Notes under the pieces: generated by a model
Databases searched by the model: none
Seen by the model: only the letters and a program-made list of their open reading frames with translations
Told to the model about the DNA's origin: nothing
Position numbers and translations under genes: made by a program
Shown here: positions 17,099 through 27,609 of the stretch, piece after piece
Position numbering within the stretch: the first letter of the stretch is position 1
Layout: every line of letters starts with the position of its first letter
From: Anaerolineae bacterium
GTDB taxonomy: Bacteria; Chloroflexota; Anaerolineae; UBA1429
Direction of reading: 5' to 3'
Length of the DNA stretch: 64,000 nt
NCBI GenBank assembly: GCA_040766725.1
Contig: JAXGPZ010000001.1
Coordinates: forward strand, 2,414,328-2,478,327

Positions 17099-17727
17099 TT
17101 CACGATGCGCACTTGCTCGAGGGTGACCGATACGTCCGTCGTCCCCACCTGAGCGATCGACTTGATGTAGCCCTCAAAGGCCACCAGTTGGCCCTTGCTG
17201 AGCTCGAGCGCGCTCTCTTTGGGCAGGTCGAACCTGATGGCGAACAGGCCACCCTTGTCCAGTCTGAGCGACAGCTCGTGCGCCACAGCGTCGCCTACGG
17301 GAAACTGGACGTTCTCGGGGTCGAGCGTGACCAGGCCGCCGGGCGTCACCTCGATGACCCTGCCCTGCCAGGCCACCCGCATGTCGATGATGCTATCGAC
17401 GTACACGGGCCATTGCAGCTCGGTCGCGCTCTTGTGCCGAGCCCACAGCTCGGCCGTGGTGAGCGCATAGTTGATGGTGGGCGTGGGCACCGGCGTGGGC
17501 GTGGGCACGGGTGTGGGCGTGGGCACCGGCGTGCGCGTGGGGCGCGGCGTACGGGTCGGGCGCGGCGTGGCCACTTCGGCCAGGCGCTCGACGATGGCCT
17601 GCGCTGGCTCGCTCTCGCGCTGACCATAGACCACGCCCGACAGAAACCCCACCAGCAGCGCTGCCAGCAGCGCGGGAACGATGACATACCAGCGATTGAG
17701 CACCGGCCGTGGCTCTCTAGGTTCCAT
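17095..17727 (-). CDS. Membrane-anchored hypothetical protein with a Pro/Thr-rich linker
   Basis: 210 aa from ATG 17727 (GGGGGAGAG RBS). N-terminal TM helix, then a TPRPTRTPVPTPTPVPTPTPVPTPT linker, then a ~120-aa C-terminal domain of unknown function. Confidence 0.6.
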   Translation of the reverse strand: MEPREPRPVLNRWYVIVPALLAALLVGFLSGVVYGQRESEPAQAIVERLAEVATPRPTRTPRPTRTPVPTPTPVPTPTPVPTPTINYALTTAELWARHKSATELQWPVYVDSIIDMRVAWQGRVIEVTPGGLVTLDPENVQFPVGDAVAHELSLRLDKGGLFAIRFDLPKESALELSKGQLVAFEGYIKSIAQVGTTDVSVTLEQVRIVN

Positions 17728-17880
17728 CGCCACTCTCCCCCACCCAGACTGGCTTTCAGTATGGACGCAGGGCGGCCGCCGCACAAGTGCGCCTGGCCAG
17801 GGGCGCCAGGCGCGCGGTGGTCCAGGCCCGCGCATCGATGGCGGCCTCAGCGAGGCCCGCGCAGGCCGGTCATTGACGCC

Positions 17881-18981
17881 CTAGAAGGTGGTCTGCAGCT
17901 TGATCGTCTTGCCCTCGCGCGCCGCCTCATAACAGCGCGTCATGATCTCGATCACGTGCCGCGCGTGCTCGGCGCTGGCCACCACGGGCTGCGCGGGGTC
18001 GAGGATGCACTCGATCAGGTTCTCGACGCCGGCGGGCAGGCCCCAGGGCTTGGTGTCCTTGGGAAAGCTGAGGTCGGTCCAGCCATACACCTCTCGTTCG
18101 CGGTCGTCGCGCCACAGCGAGAGCTTGTCGAGCGAGCCATAGATGCCGTTGACGGCGATGGTGCCATCAGAGCCAAAGATCTGCATGGCGGGCTGGCTGG
18201 TCTGCTCGCGCGTGGCGCGCACGCAAAAGGTCGAGTCGACAAAGCCAAAGCGGGCATCGCCAAAGTCGAGCAGCAGGAGCGTGTTGTCATCGACCTCGAC
18301 ATCGATCACCTTGCCCTTGTAGGGCCCAGCCCTGACGACGCGCTGCGGCCAGGAGATGCCCGACATGACGGCCACGCTTTTGGCGGGCCCCAGCAGGCCG
18401 GTGACGGTGTGCAGGCCATAGACGCCCATATCGAGCACCGGGCCAGCGCCCTGTTTGTAGAACCAGGTGGGGTCTGTCTCCCATTCCTCGTCGGGCCACG
18501 AGCCGGGGCCGCCGTGCGAATTGTGCGACAGCAGCCACGACACCTTGCCGATGGCGCCCTCGCGCAGCAACTGGGCGATCTTTTGGTTGATCGGGTCGAG
18601 CATGGTGCAGGCGGCTGCGCCCAGTTTCAGCGAGCGCTGGCGCGCCTCGTCGATCAGGTGCGTGGCCTCGGCCACCGACCCGGCCATGGACTTTTCGCTG
18701 TACACATGCTTGCCGGCGCGCAGGGCCTTGAGGTTGACCTCATAGTGCGACTGGATGTTGGTGGTGTCGACGAGCAGGTCGATCCCCGACCTGGCCAGCA
18801 TCTCGTCCAGGTCGGTGTAGACCTGCGGCACGCCGAGTTTGGCGGCCAGGCTTGCGGCGCGGCCCGGAACAGAGTCGCACACGGCGACAAACTCGGCCTT
18901 GGCGAGCGCCTTGATGCCCGGGCCATAGCTGCCGTTAGCGATGACCCCACAACCGACCAGCCCAACCTTTACCTTTTCCAT
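17881..18981 (-). CDS. Gfo/Idh/MocA-family oxidoreductase
   Basis: MEKVKVGLVGCGVIANGSYG... AAGGAGTGGAG RBS before ATG 18981. Confidence 0.8.
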   Translation of the reverse strand: MEKVKVGLVGCGVIANGSYGPGIKALAKAEFVAVCDSVPGRAASLAAKLGVPQVYTDLDEMLARSGIDLLVDTTNIQSHYEVNLKALRAGKHVYSEKSMAGSVAEATHLIDEARQRSLKLGAAACTMLDPINQKIAQLLREGAIGKVSWLLSHNSHGGPGSWPDEEWETDPTWFYKQGAGPVLDMGVYGLHTVTGLLGPAKSVAVMSGISWPQRVVRAGPYKGKVIDVEVDDNTLLLLDFGDARFGFVDSTFCVRATREQTSQPAMQIFGSDGTIAVNGIYGSLDKLSLWRDDREREVYGWTDLSFPKDTKPWGLPAGVENLIECILDPAQPVVASAEHARHVIEIMTRCYEAAREGKTIKLQTTF

Positions 18982-19151
18982 CTGCTCCACTCCTTTGTTG
19001 ACGGCCACCATGCCGCGGCTGCGCTCATTGTACTCGTCTAGCCAGGGCGCAGCCAGCGGCGCAGGCTCTGGCTGGCCGGTGGCGCGGGGTTGCGGCCAGA
19101 GGCCTGGCTCCAGATCGTGAGGCAATAGCTGCGGATTCCGGCGCTAGAGCA

Positions 19152-19181
19152 TTGACAAACGTCGCATAATCCAGGTAGAAT
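19152..19181 (+). promoter_or_regulatory. Sigma-70-type promoter (TTGACA, 18-nt spacer, TAGAAT) for the sugar ABC operon
   Basis: Read in the sequence, ~165 nt upstream of the SBP start in a divergent intergenic region. Confidence 0.4.
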
Positions 19182-19348
19182 GGCGCCAAGAGGACGGTTT
19201 GTGGCCAACACGAAAGGGGGTGTATCGCCTCATATCGCCTTTGGCGGATCGGCACTCCGAGCTGGGGCCCTATGAGCCGCGGCACTGGCGAGTTGGTGTT
19301 GGCGCCGGGCGCCGCAATGGAGCTAGCGTTCTGCGAGGAGAGGGTGGT

Positions 19349-20788
19349 ATGAACAAGCTGACACGTCGCGATTTTCTGCGGGCGGGCGAGCTGGCGGCAG
19401 CGGCCTGGGTTTTGTCGGCCTGTGCTCCGGCCGCGCCCCAAGTGATCAAAGAGGTCGTCAAGGAAACGGTCATCGTCGAGGGCACCCCCAAGGTCGTCGA
19501 GAAGGTCGTCGAGAAGGTTGTTGAGAAGACGGTGGTGGTCGAGGCGGCCGCCAAAGAGCCCATCACGCTGGAATGGTGGCCTGGCTGGCCCGGCAACTAT
19601 ATGCTGGCCATCGCCAAGCTGTTTGAGGATGCCAACCCCGGCATCAAGCTGAATGCCGTGCTCAACTATCCCGAGAAGCAGGCAGTGCTGGCGGCCGTTG
19701 CGGCCGGCACGACCCCCGATCTGATCGCCGACATTCCCTACATGGAGCTGATCGTCCGCGACGTCTTTTTAGAGATCGACGATCGCCTCACCGAGTTCCC
19801 CGATCTGGCGATCAAGGACGGCGACATTCCTGAAGCCCTGTGGGAGGTGTTCGCCTGGGAAGGCAAACATTATGGCATCCCCAGCGTAGACACGGCCGGC
19901 CGGCAGGGGTTGGGCATCAACGCGCGCGTTGCCGAAGAGGCGGGGCTGGACCCGGAGAACCCGCCGCGCACGTGGACCGAGGCGTTCGAGTGGCACAAGA
20001 AGATGACCACGTACGACGACGCCGGCAACCTGAACGTGCTGGGCTTTGACCCGATGGCCGAGCGCACCGACGCCTGCACCGACGGCGACCCCTGGATGTG
20101 GCCGCACATGTGGGGCTTTGCCTACATCAAGGACAACGTCTATGACATCGACCGCGCAGAGACGGTCGAGTTCCTGACGGTCATCAAGCGCTTTGCCGAG
20201 GACGTGGGCCCGGAAAAGATCGATGGCCTGAACACGGCCTTTAGCGGCATGAGCCGTGGCCCCTTTGGCCAGGGCAAGGTGGGCATGCGCATCACCTACC
20301 CGTCGGGGCCTGCGGGCGTGTATCGCATCAACCCCAAGGACAAGTACGTCTTTACCTGGGTGCCGATGCCAGACAACCGCCGCGATGTGACCATGCAGAC
20401 GGCCGGCGGCCACGCGGGCATGATCATGAAGGCGTCCAAGCATCCTGACGAGGCCTTCAAGCTGGCCGTGTTCCTCACGCAGGACGCGGCCTGCAACGTG
20501 CTGTTCAAAGAGGTCGGCTGGATTGGCCCCCGCCTGTCGTGGCAGGCCAAGGCCGATCTGAGCAGCTATCCTGACCATGTGGCCTCGGCGATCAAGTACT
20601 TTACCGACTCGATGAAGAACGCCGACGAGGTGTGGTGGAACAACGACCCTATCGAGGGCATCACGGCCTCAGAGTGGGAGCGTGTGTTCCAGGGCGTGCG
20701 CCATGGCGAGATCACGCCAGAGGATGGCGCCCGGCAGATGCAGGAGAACCTGACCAAGGAACTCGAGCAGATGTTGGAAGCCCGCTAA
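19349..20788 (+). CDS. Sugar ABC transporter substrate-binding lipoprotein (family 1)
   Basis: TAT motif MNKLTRRDFLRAG, lipobox LSAC, KEVVKETVIVEGTPKVVEKVVEKVVEK linker. GAGGAGAGGG RBS. Confidence 0.85.
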   Translation: MNKLTRRDFLRAGELAAAAWVLSACAPAAPQVIKEVVKETVIVEGTPKVVEKVVEKVVEKTVVVEAAAKEPITLEWWPGWPGNYMLAIAKLFEDANPGIKLNAVLNYPEKQAVLAAVAAGTTPDLIADIPYMELIVRDVFLEIDDRLTEFPDLAIKDGDIPEALWEVFAWEGKHYGIPSVDTAGRQGLGINARVAEEAGLDPENPPRTWTEAFEWHKKMTTYDDAGNLNVLGFDPMAERTDACTDGDPWMWPHMWGFAYIKDNVYDIDRAETVEFLTVIKRFAEDVGPEKIDGLNTAFSGMSRGPFGQGKVGMRITYPSGPAGVYRINPKDKYVFTWVPMPDNRRDVTMQTAGGHAGMIMKASKHPDEAFKLAVFLTQDAACNVLFKEVGWIGPRLSWQAKADLSSYPDHVASAIKYFTDSMKNADEVWWNNDPIEGITASEWERVFQGVRHGEITPEDGARQMQENLTKELEQMLEAR

Positions 20789-20873
20789 GAGAGGGATCAG
20801 GGTCAGGGCAGCAGCGTTGCCTGCTGCCCTGACCTGCGATGCATCTTGAGCGACCAAGCGAGAGGTGAACGCC

Positions 20874-21767
20874 ATGACGAACGTGGCTCGTCGTGAAGCG
20901 CGGCGCACTCTGCAGGGCCTGGCCTTTGCCTCGCCCTGGGTCATCGGTTTTCTGGCCTTTACGATCTACCCACTGCTGGCCTCGACATACTATAGCCTGA
21001 CGCGCTATGACGTGATTCGGCCGCCCAAGTACGTCGGCCTGGAGAACTATGTCGAGATCTTTTCCTCTGACCCGATCTTTCGCCTGGCCCTGGTCAACAC
21101 GCTGTACTTTGTCATCATCGGCGTCCCTGCCGCCTTTATCACGGCCTGGCTGGTGGCCAACCTGCTGAACAACGAGATGTGGGGGCGCCCCGTGTGGCGC
21201 ACCATCTTTTTTCTGCCATCGATCACGCCCATTGTGGCCAGCGTCATGGTGTGGCTGTGGATCTATAACACGCAGTTCGGCCTGATCAACGGCGCGCTGA
21301 TGGCGCGCGGGCTCAAGGTGATCCCCTTCCTCAGCAGCCCCAAGCTGGCCAAGCCCTCGCTGATTCTGGTGCAGTGTTGGGCGCAGGGCAGCTCGATCGT
21401 GATTTTTCTGGCCGCGCTGCAAGATGTGCCCCGAGAGCTGTATGAGGCGGCGACCATCGATGGCGCCAACAGCTGGCGCCGCTTTTGGAGCATCACTATT
21501 CCCATGTGCACGCCGGTGATGCTCTTTGTGCTGTTGACAGAGCTCATCGGCACGTTCCAGTCTTTCTCGCTGCCGTGGCTGCTCACCGAGGGCGGCCCCA
21601 ACTATGCCACCGAGCTCTATAGCCTGTACCTGTTCAGGAACGCCTTTGTGTTCTTCAAGATGGGCTATGCCTCGGCGCTCTCGTGGATTCTGTTCGTCGT
21701 CATCGGCCTGTTCACAGTGGCTATCTTTCGCAGCTCGGCACGCTGGGTCTACTACCGCAGTGAGTAA
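20874..21767 (+). CDS. Sugar ABC transporter permease (MalF/UgpA-like)
   Basis: Six TM helices and an EAA loop (LYEAATIDGANSWRRFWSITIP). ATG 20874 is preceded by GAGAGG. The track start 20865 is GTG. Confidence 0.85.
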   Translation: MTNVARREARRTLQGLAFASPWVIGFLAFTIYPLLASTYYSLTRYDVIRPPKYVGLENYVEIFSSDPIFRLALVNTLYFVIIGVPAAFITAWLVANLLNNEMWGRPVWRTIFFLPSITPIVASVMVWLWIYNTQFGLINGALMARGLKVIPFLSSPKLAKPSLILVQCWAQGSSIVIFLAALQDVPRELYEAATIDGANSWRRFWSITIPMCTPVMLFVLLTELIGTFQSFSLPWLLTEGGPNYATELYSLYLFRNAFVFFKMGYASALSWILFVVIGLFTVAIFRSSARWVYYRSE

Positions 21768-21845
21768 CCAGGGCGCCCAGCAGCGGTTCGTGCGCGAGCA
21801 GATCGACCTACCGTGGCTGAGCCAGCCAGAGATGGAGTGCTGACG

Positions 21846-22778
21846 ATGGCAGTTATCAGGCCTTCTTCTGCGTCGCCCTGGTCGACACGCAACAACCAGG
21901 ATGAGGCCGCCGCTGCGGCGCGACGAAAGCAGCGCGCGGCGAGGCGCTTTGGCCGCAAGTCTTTGATCACCCTGGCGGTGGCCCTGCTGAGTTTCATCTT
22001 CTTTCTGCCTTTTCTGTGGATGGTCTCCACCTCGCTCAAGATCGACCCCGAGGTGTACCAGATTCCGCCCGTCTGGATTCCGCGGAGCTTTCGCCTGGCG
22101 AACTACTTTGAGGCCATGACCTATGTGCCCTTTGGGCGCTATGTGCTGAACACGCTCCAGTATGGCATCCTGTCGGACATTGGGGTGGTGCTCTCGTCGG
22201 CCGTGTGCGCCTATAGCTTCTCACGGCTGCAGTGGAAGGGGCGCGATGCGCTCTTTGCCATTGTGCTGGCCACCATGATGGTGCCCTACCAGGTGACGAT
22301 GATCCCGCTCTACCTGATCTTTAAGCGGCTCAACTGGCTCAACACCTATCTGCCGATGGTGGTGCCCAACTATCTGGGGTCGGCGTACTTTATCTTTATG
22401 TTGCGCCAGTTCTTTATGACCATCCCGATGGAGCTATCCGACGCGGCGCGCATCGATGGCTGCAGCGAGCTGCGCATCTTTACGAGCGTCATCCTGCCGC
22501 TCTCCAAGCCGGCATTGGCGGTGGTGGCGCTGTTCCGCTTTATGGACTGCTGGAACGACTATATGGGGCCGCTGATCTATCTGCGTGACACGAAAAAGTA
22601 CACGGTGGCGCTGGGGCTGCAACACCTGCGGCAGTATGGCACGGCGGCCAGCGTCGAGCAGGTGTGGCCCCACCTGATGGCAGCCAGCACGGTGGTCACA
22701 CTGCCGGTGGTGCTGCTCTACTTTTTCACGCAGCGCACGTTTGTCGAGGGCATTGCGCTCACGGGCATCAAGGGCTGA
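21846..22778 (+). CDS. Sugar ABC transporter permease (MalG/UgpE-like)
   Basis: SDAARIDGCSELRIFTSVILP is the EAA motif. GGAG RBS before ATG 21846. Confidence 0.85.
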   Translation: MAVIRPSSASPWSTRNNQDEAAAAARRKQRAARRFGRKSLITLAVALLSFIFFLPFLWMVSTSLKIDPEVYQIPPVWIPRSFRLANYFEAMTYVPFGRYVLNTLQYGILSDIGVVLSSAVCAYSFSRLQWKGRDALFAIVLATMMVPYQVTMIPLYLIFKRLNWLNTYLPMVVPNYLGSAYFIFMLRQFFMTIPMELSDAARIDGCSELRIFTSVILPLSKPALAVVALFRFMDCWNDYMGPLIYLRDTKKYTVALGLQHLRQYGTAASVEQVWPHLMAASTVVTLPVVLLYFFTQRTFVEGIALTGIKG

Positions 22779-22849
22779 ACGCGCCAGCGACCACCGATCC
22801 GAACTGTGGCCCGCGGCCGTGCCGCGGCCAGAGATGCGAGGAGAGCCCT

Positions 22850-25177
22850 ATGGCTGCTATCGACACCAACGCAGACGCCGAGTGCTCGGCGCAGGCGCTG
22901 CGCCTGCGGCTGCAACGTAGCGCGACGCTGGCCCATCTGTTGGCGACCTACGCCACCGACGAGGGCATCGATCCCCAGAACGCGCCGCACTTTGAGGCCT
23001 GGCTGGCTCGCAGCGGCGAGCTGCCGCCCGATTTCGACGCGCTGCCCACCAACGCCGGCCTGCCGCCGCTGCTGGTGCGGGCCGATGGCAGCCCTGTGGC
23101 GTCGGCCGAAGAGTGGCCCGCGCGGCGCGCCGAGATGCTGCGCATGCTCGTGCACTATCAGCTCGGCCAACCGCCCCCACCGCCCGGCGCGATGTTCGTC
23201 GAGGATGTGGATGAGCAGCCCCTGGCGGGCGGCGGCGCGGTGTTGCGCAAGGTGCTGGTGTATGGGCCCGATGCCAAGGCCGTGGCTGCCGATCGGGCTC
23301 TGGCCGCGGTAGACGCGGCCATGTATCGCACGGTGCGGCTGCGCGTCGAGATCACCCTGCCCGACGGTGGCGGGCCCCATCCGGCGCTGGTGACGCTCGG
23401 CAGGCGCGACGGCGACCATCTGCGGGGCTGGCTGGGCGAACAGGCCGTGGCCGCGGGCTATGTGGTCTGCGCCTTTGACCGCGACGACGCCTTCCAGGCC
23501 CACGACGTCTATGCCGGCCAGGAGTGGACCGAGCTGGGCTGGTGGGCCTATGCGGCCAGCCGCTGCGTGGATTATCTGGCCGGCCTCGAGGCGGTGGATG
23601 CGGCGCAGGTGGCCATTGTCGGGCATTCGCGCGGGGCCAAGATGGCGCTGATCGCCGCCGCCCTCGACGAGCGCTTTGCCGCCGCCGTCATCAGCCACCC
23701 CGGTTCTGGCGCCGGCATGACCGAGCCCTGGCGCTACATCGGCGAAAAGTTTGGCGGCGAGACGCTCGAGTACAGCACGCGCGTCTTTCCCTATTGGAAC
23801 CATCCCCGGCTGCGCTTTTTCGCCGGCCGCGAGAACAAGCTGCCTTTCGATGCGCACTTTATGGTGGCCTTGGTGGCGCCGCGGGCGCTGTTGATGACCG
23901 AGGGCGACGCCGACGACGTGGGCGAGCCCTGGGGGGCGCAGCAGAGCTACCTGGCGGCCAGCGAGGTGTGGGCGCTACACGGCCAGCCAGAGCGGCTGGG
24001 CATCGCGTTTCATGCTGGCGGGCATCGCCTGGCGGCTGCGGTGCTGCAAGGTTATGTCGACTGGCTCGACATGCAGTTCGGCCGGCGGCCGTTCGCCTTT
24101 GCCAACACGCTGATGTACCCTTACACGTTTGAGGCCTGGCGCGCGGCCACGGGCCAGCAGGTGCACCCGCTGGCCTATCCCGATCGGCTGGGCCAGAGCC
24201 CCCTCACCCGCGACGATGGCAGCGCGGTCGACAGCGCAGCGGCGTGGCCCCAGCAGCGCGCCGCCCTGCAGCGGCGGATTCTGGACATGGTCGGCGCGCT
24301 GCCGCCGCTGGGCGCGGGCGGGCTGACGATCGTGAAGCAGGTGGAGCGCGACGGGCTGGTGGCGGCCGAGGCCGTGCTGCCCGACGGGCTGCCGGTGCAC
24401 CTGACGTACTGCGCCGACGCCGAGGGGCCGCTGCCGGTGGCGGTGTATCTGCATGGCCATCTCGACACCTGCGGCTGGGCCTGGTCGGCCGAGTATGGCT
24501 GGACGCCTGCGGTGGGCGAGCGCCTGGCGCGGCAGGGCCTGCTGGCCGTCGAGTACGACCAGTACGGCTATGGCCGCAGAAACCGCGTGGACGTGCTCGA
24601 GATGTTTGCCGCCCACCCGGAGTGGTCGGTGCTCGGGGTGATGGTGCAAGACGCCCGCCGGGTGGCGAACGCGGCCGCGGCCCTGCCGATGGCAGCGGCC
24701 GGGCAGGTGGCGGTGGTCGGGTACTCGCTCGGGGGGCTGGTGGCCATGCTGGCGGCCGCGCTCGACGAGCGCATCGCCGCTGCGGCCAGCACCTGCGGCA
24801 TCGGCTCGTTGCGGCGCGATGCCCATGGCGCCGCGACCGAGGGCCTGCGCCGCTATGCGCATCTGCGCCCGCTGCTGCCGCGGCTGGGATTTTTCGTGGG
24901 GCACGAGGCGCGCGCGCCGTTTGACATGGACGATGTGCTGGCGTTGATCGCGCCGCGGCCGGCGCTGGTGCTGGCGCCCACGCTCGATCAGGACTGGCTG
25001 CACGCCGATGTGCGCGCCTGCTATGAGGGCGCCAGGCCGGTCTATGCGCTGCTGGGGGCTCCCGAGGCGCTGGCGTTCATGGCGCCGGACGATTTCAACC
25101 GCTATCCGCCCAAGTATCAGGAGCTGGTCAACCGCTGGCTGCTGGGGGCCCTGCACAGCGCAGGTGCCGCCGGCTAG
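22850..25177 (+). CDS. Two-domain alpha/beta-hydrolase carbohydrate esterase. The N-domain is CE15 (glucuronoyl esterase)-like. The second domain has its own GxSxG nucleophile.
   Basis: 775 aa. GAGGAGAG RBS. VAIVGHSRGAKMA resembles the CE15 GCSR(x)G serine motif. The second domain carries VAVVGYSLGGLVA. Confidence 0.7.
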   Translation: MAAIDTNADAECSAQALRLRLQRSATLAHLLATYATDEGIDPQNAPHFEAWLARSGELPPDFDALPTNAGLPPLLVRADGSPVASAEEWPARRAEMLRMLVHYQLGQPPPPPGAMFVEDVDEQPLAGGGAVLRKVLVYGPDAKAVAADRALAAVDAAMYRTVRLRVEITLPDGGGPHPALVTLGRRDGDHLRGWLGEQAVAAGYVVCAFDRDDAFQAHDVYAGQEWTELGWWAYAASRCVDYLAGLEAVDAAQVAIVGHSRGAKMALIAAALDERFAAAVISHPGSGAGMTEPWRYIGEKFGGETLEYSTRVFPYWNHPRLRFFAGRENKLPFDAHFMVALVAPRALLMTEGDADDVGEPWGAQQSYLAASEVWALHGQPERLGIAFHAGGHRLAAAVLQGYVDWLDMQFGRRPFAFANTLMYPYTFEAWRAATGQQVHPLAYPDRLGQSPLTRDDGSAVDSAAAWPQQRAALQRRILDMVGALPPLGAGGLTIVKQVERDGLVAAEAVLPDGLPVHLTYCADAEGPLPVAVYLHGHLDTCGWAWSAEYGWTPAVGERLARQGLLAVEYDQYGYGRRNRVDVLEMFAAHPEWSVLGVMVQDARRVANAAAALPMAAAGQVAVVGYSLGGLVAMLAAALDERIAAAASTCGIGSLRRDAHGAATEGLRRYAHLRPLLPRLGFFVGHEARAPFDMDDVLALIAPRPALVLAPTLDQDWLHADVRACYEGARPVYALLGAPEALAFMAPDDFNRYPPKYQELVNRWLLGALHSAGAAG

Positions 25178-25187
25178 GGAGGGACAG

Positions 25188-26234
25188 ATGGCTCACGCGC
25201 AGCGCAACTTTTCGATGCAGGCCTACTGGGAGCGGGTCACCGCCGAGTGGACGCCGCAGCTCCACTTTCGGGGCGCCACCCGCGCCGACTGGGAGGCGTG
25301 GCGGGCTGAGGCCAGCGCCAGGTATCGCCAGTTGCTGGGCGAGCTGCCCGAGCCGGCGCCGCTCGACGCCGAGGTGGAGTACAGCGTCGAGGACGGCGAC
25401 CTGATCCGTGAACGGGTGGTGTTTCAGGCCGAGGCGTTCATGTCGGTGCCCTGCATCGTGCTGCGGCCCAAGGCCATGGCGGCCGATCGCTCGCACGCCG
25501 CCATCCTGTGCAGTCACGGGCATGGGCCTTTTGGCAAAGACCCGGTGGCCGGGGTGCGCTCGTCGGCGCAGCATGTGGCCCAGATAGAGCAGCACAACTA
25601 TAACTATGGCGAGCAGATGGCGAGGGCCGGCTATCTGACGCTGAGCCCCGACCTGCGCGCCTTTGGCGAGCGGCGCGACGGGTGGTCGCAGGGGATGCCG
25701 GGCGAGGCCTACTGCAACTCGACCTTTGTGCGCGGGGCCTTGCTGGGGATCTATCCGCTGGCGCTCAACGTGTTCGACATGATGCGCTGCGTGGACTATA
25801 TGCAGACGCGGCCAGAGGTGGACCCCGAGCGGATCGGCATGATGGGGCTGTCGCAGGGCGGCACGATGACGACCTTTACCATCGCGGCCGAGCCGCGCAT
25901 CAAGGCCGCCGACATCATCTGCTACGTGAACCCGTTTCGCGCCTTTGCGATCGAGCAGTGGGACAACCTGTGCGGCTCTCAACTGCTGCCCAACCTGTAT
26001 CGCTATCTCGACACCGACGATGTGGCCGGCCTGATGGCGCCGCGCCCGTTGCTGATCGAGATGGGCATCTATGACAACTGCTTTCTGTTGCAGGATACGC
26101 TCCAGGGGTTCGAGGGAGTGCGGCGCATCTATCGCGCCGCCGGCGCCGAGGCCGATCTATGGAGCGACGTGCATGCGGGGCCGCACGCATTTGGCGGCAA
26201 CAAGGCGTTCGAGTTTTTTGACCGGTATCTCTAG
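25188..26234 (+). CDS. Alpha/beta-hydrolase esterase, CE7 (acetylxylan esterase / cephalosporin-C deacetylase)-like
   Basis: MMGLSQGGTMT resembles the CE7 GxSQGG motif. GGGAGGG RBS. The start is 11 nt after the upstream stop. Confidence 0.65.
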   Translation: MAHAQRNFSMQAYWERVTAEWTPQLHFRGATRADWEAWRAEASARYRQLLGELPEPAPLDAEVEYSVEDGDLIRERVVFQAEAFMSVPCIVLRPKAMAADRSHAAILCSHGHGPFGKDPVAGVRSSAQHVAQIEQHNYNYGEQMARAGYLTLSPDLRAFGERRDGWSQGMPGEAYCNSTFVRGALLGIYPLALNVFDMMRCVDYMQTRPEVDPERIGMMGLSQGGTMTTFTIAAEPRIKAADIICYVNPFRAFAIEQWDNLCGSQLLPNLYRYLDTDDVAGLMAPRPLLIEMGIYDNCFLLQDTLQGFEGVRRIYRAAGAEADLWSDVHAGPHAFGGNKAFEFFDRYL

Positions 26235-26262
26235 CGAGCCACGCACAGCAGCAAGGAGCGAC

Positions 26263-27597
26263 ATGACGCATCGGATCGTGGTGGTAGGTGGGGGCAGCGC
26301 TGGCTGGGGCCCCAAGCTGATGTCTGACCTGTTTCTGACGCCTGCCCTGGCCGACAGCACCTATGTGCTGCATGACCTCAACCAGGGCAATGCCGACCGC
26401 ATCGCGCGTTTTGCCACCAAGCTGGCAGACCAACTGGGGGTGCAGCCCACCATCGTCGTGGAGGGCGATCCCGACCAGGCCTATGCCGAGGCTGACTTTG
26501 TGCTCATCACCATCTCAACGGGCGGCCTGGAGGCCATGGGGCATGACCTGGCCGTGCCCGAGCGCTATGGCATCTATCATACGGTGGGCGACACGGTGGG
26601 CCCCGGCGGCTGGGCCAGAGCGTTGCGCAACGTGCCGGTCTTTCAGCAGATCGCCCAGCGGGTCAACGTGCTGGCGCCAGACGCCGTCATCCTCAACTAC
26701 TCGAACCCGATGGCGCAGCTCACCAAGACGCTGGCCGTCAGCACCGACCAGCCGGTGGTGGGCCTGTGCCACGGGCTCTTTGAGACGCTCGAGTTTCTGC
26801 AGTTCTTGCTGAACATCAAGGACGAGCACGATATACAGGCGGTGTATGGCGGCGTCAACCACTTTTTCTGGATCACCGACCTGCGCATCCGGGGTAACGA
26901 CGGCTATGAGCTGCTGGAGGAGCTGCTGGGCGAGCGCTCGCTGCTCGAGGTGGCCGCCGAGCTGAACCCTGAGCTGGCGCATCGCGTGAGCCTGGCGTCA
27001 GAGCTGCTGCGCGTGACCGGCATGCTCACCTACGCCGCCGATCGCCACACCAGCGAGTTCTTTAGCCACATCCTGACGTCGACCGAGCGCATGGCCGAGT
27101 ATGGGATCGTGCGCACCAGCATCGCCGATCGCCGGCGCAACATGACCAACACGATGGCGCGCATCGACGACATGACCCGCAGCGGCATACCGGCGGCCTA
27201 TGGCCAGCGCTCGCGCGAGACGGCGGCCGACATCATCAACGCGTTCGTCACCGGCAAGCCGTTCATCGACGTGGGCAACGTGCCCAACGTCGGGCAGATC
27301 GCCAACCTGCCGATGGGTGCCGTGGTCGAGACGCCGGTGCTGGTATCGCCGAACGGCTTTCAGCCGATCACCGTGGGCGAGTTGCCCGAGCCGACGGCCA
27401 CCTGGCTGGACCGCATCGTGCGCGTGCAAGAGATGACCGTTGACGCGGCCCTGCTGGGCGACCTGGACGAGGCGCTAATGGCGCTGGCGCTCGATCCGCT
27501 GTGCGCCCACCTGGACTGGACGCAGGTCGAGGAGCTGGGCATCGAGCTGTTGCGCGCCAACGCGGCCTATCTGCCCCAGTTCCAGGGCATGCTCTAG
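26263..27597 (+). CDS. Glycoside hydrolase family 4 (NAD+/Mn2+-dependent glycosidase)
   Basis: MTHRIVVVGGGSAGW is the GH4 Rossmann N-terminus. Also LCHG, NHFFW. AAGGAG RBS. Confidence 0.8.
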   Translation: MTHRIVVVGGGSAGWGPKLMSDLFLTPALADSTYVLHDLNQGNADRIARFATKLADQLGVQPTIVVEGDPDQAYAEADFVLITISTGGLEAMGHDLAVPERYGIYHTVGDTVGPGGWARALRNVPVFQQIAQRVNVLAPDAVILNYSNPMAQLTKTLAVSTDQPVVGLCHGLFETLEFLQFLLNIKDEHDIQAVYGGVNHFFWITDLRIRGNDGYELLEELLGERSLLEVAAELNPELAHRVSLASELLRVTGMLTYAADRHTSEFFSHILTSTERMAEYGIVRTSIADRRRNMTNTMARIDDMTRSGIPAAYGQRSRETAADIINAFVTGKPFIDVGNVPNVGQIANLPMGAVVETPVLVSPNGFQPITVGELPEPTATWLDRIVRVQEMTVDAALLGDLDEALMALALDPLCAHLDWTQVEELGIELLRANAAYLPQFQGML

Positions 27598-27609
27598 AGC
27601 GAGGTGCGT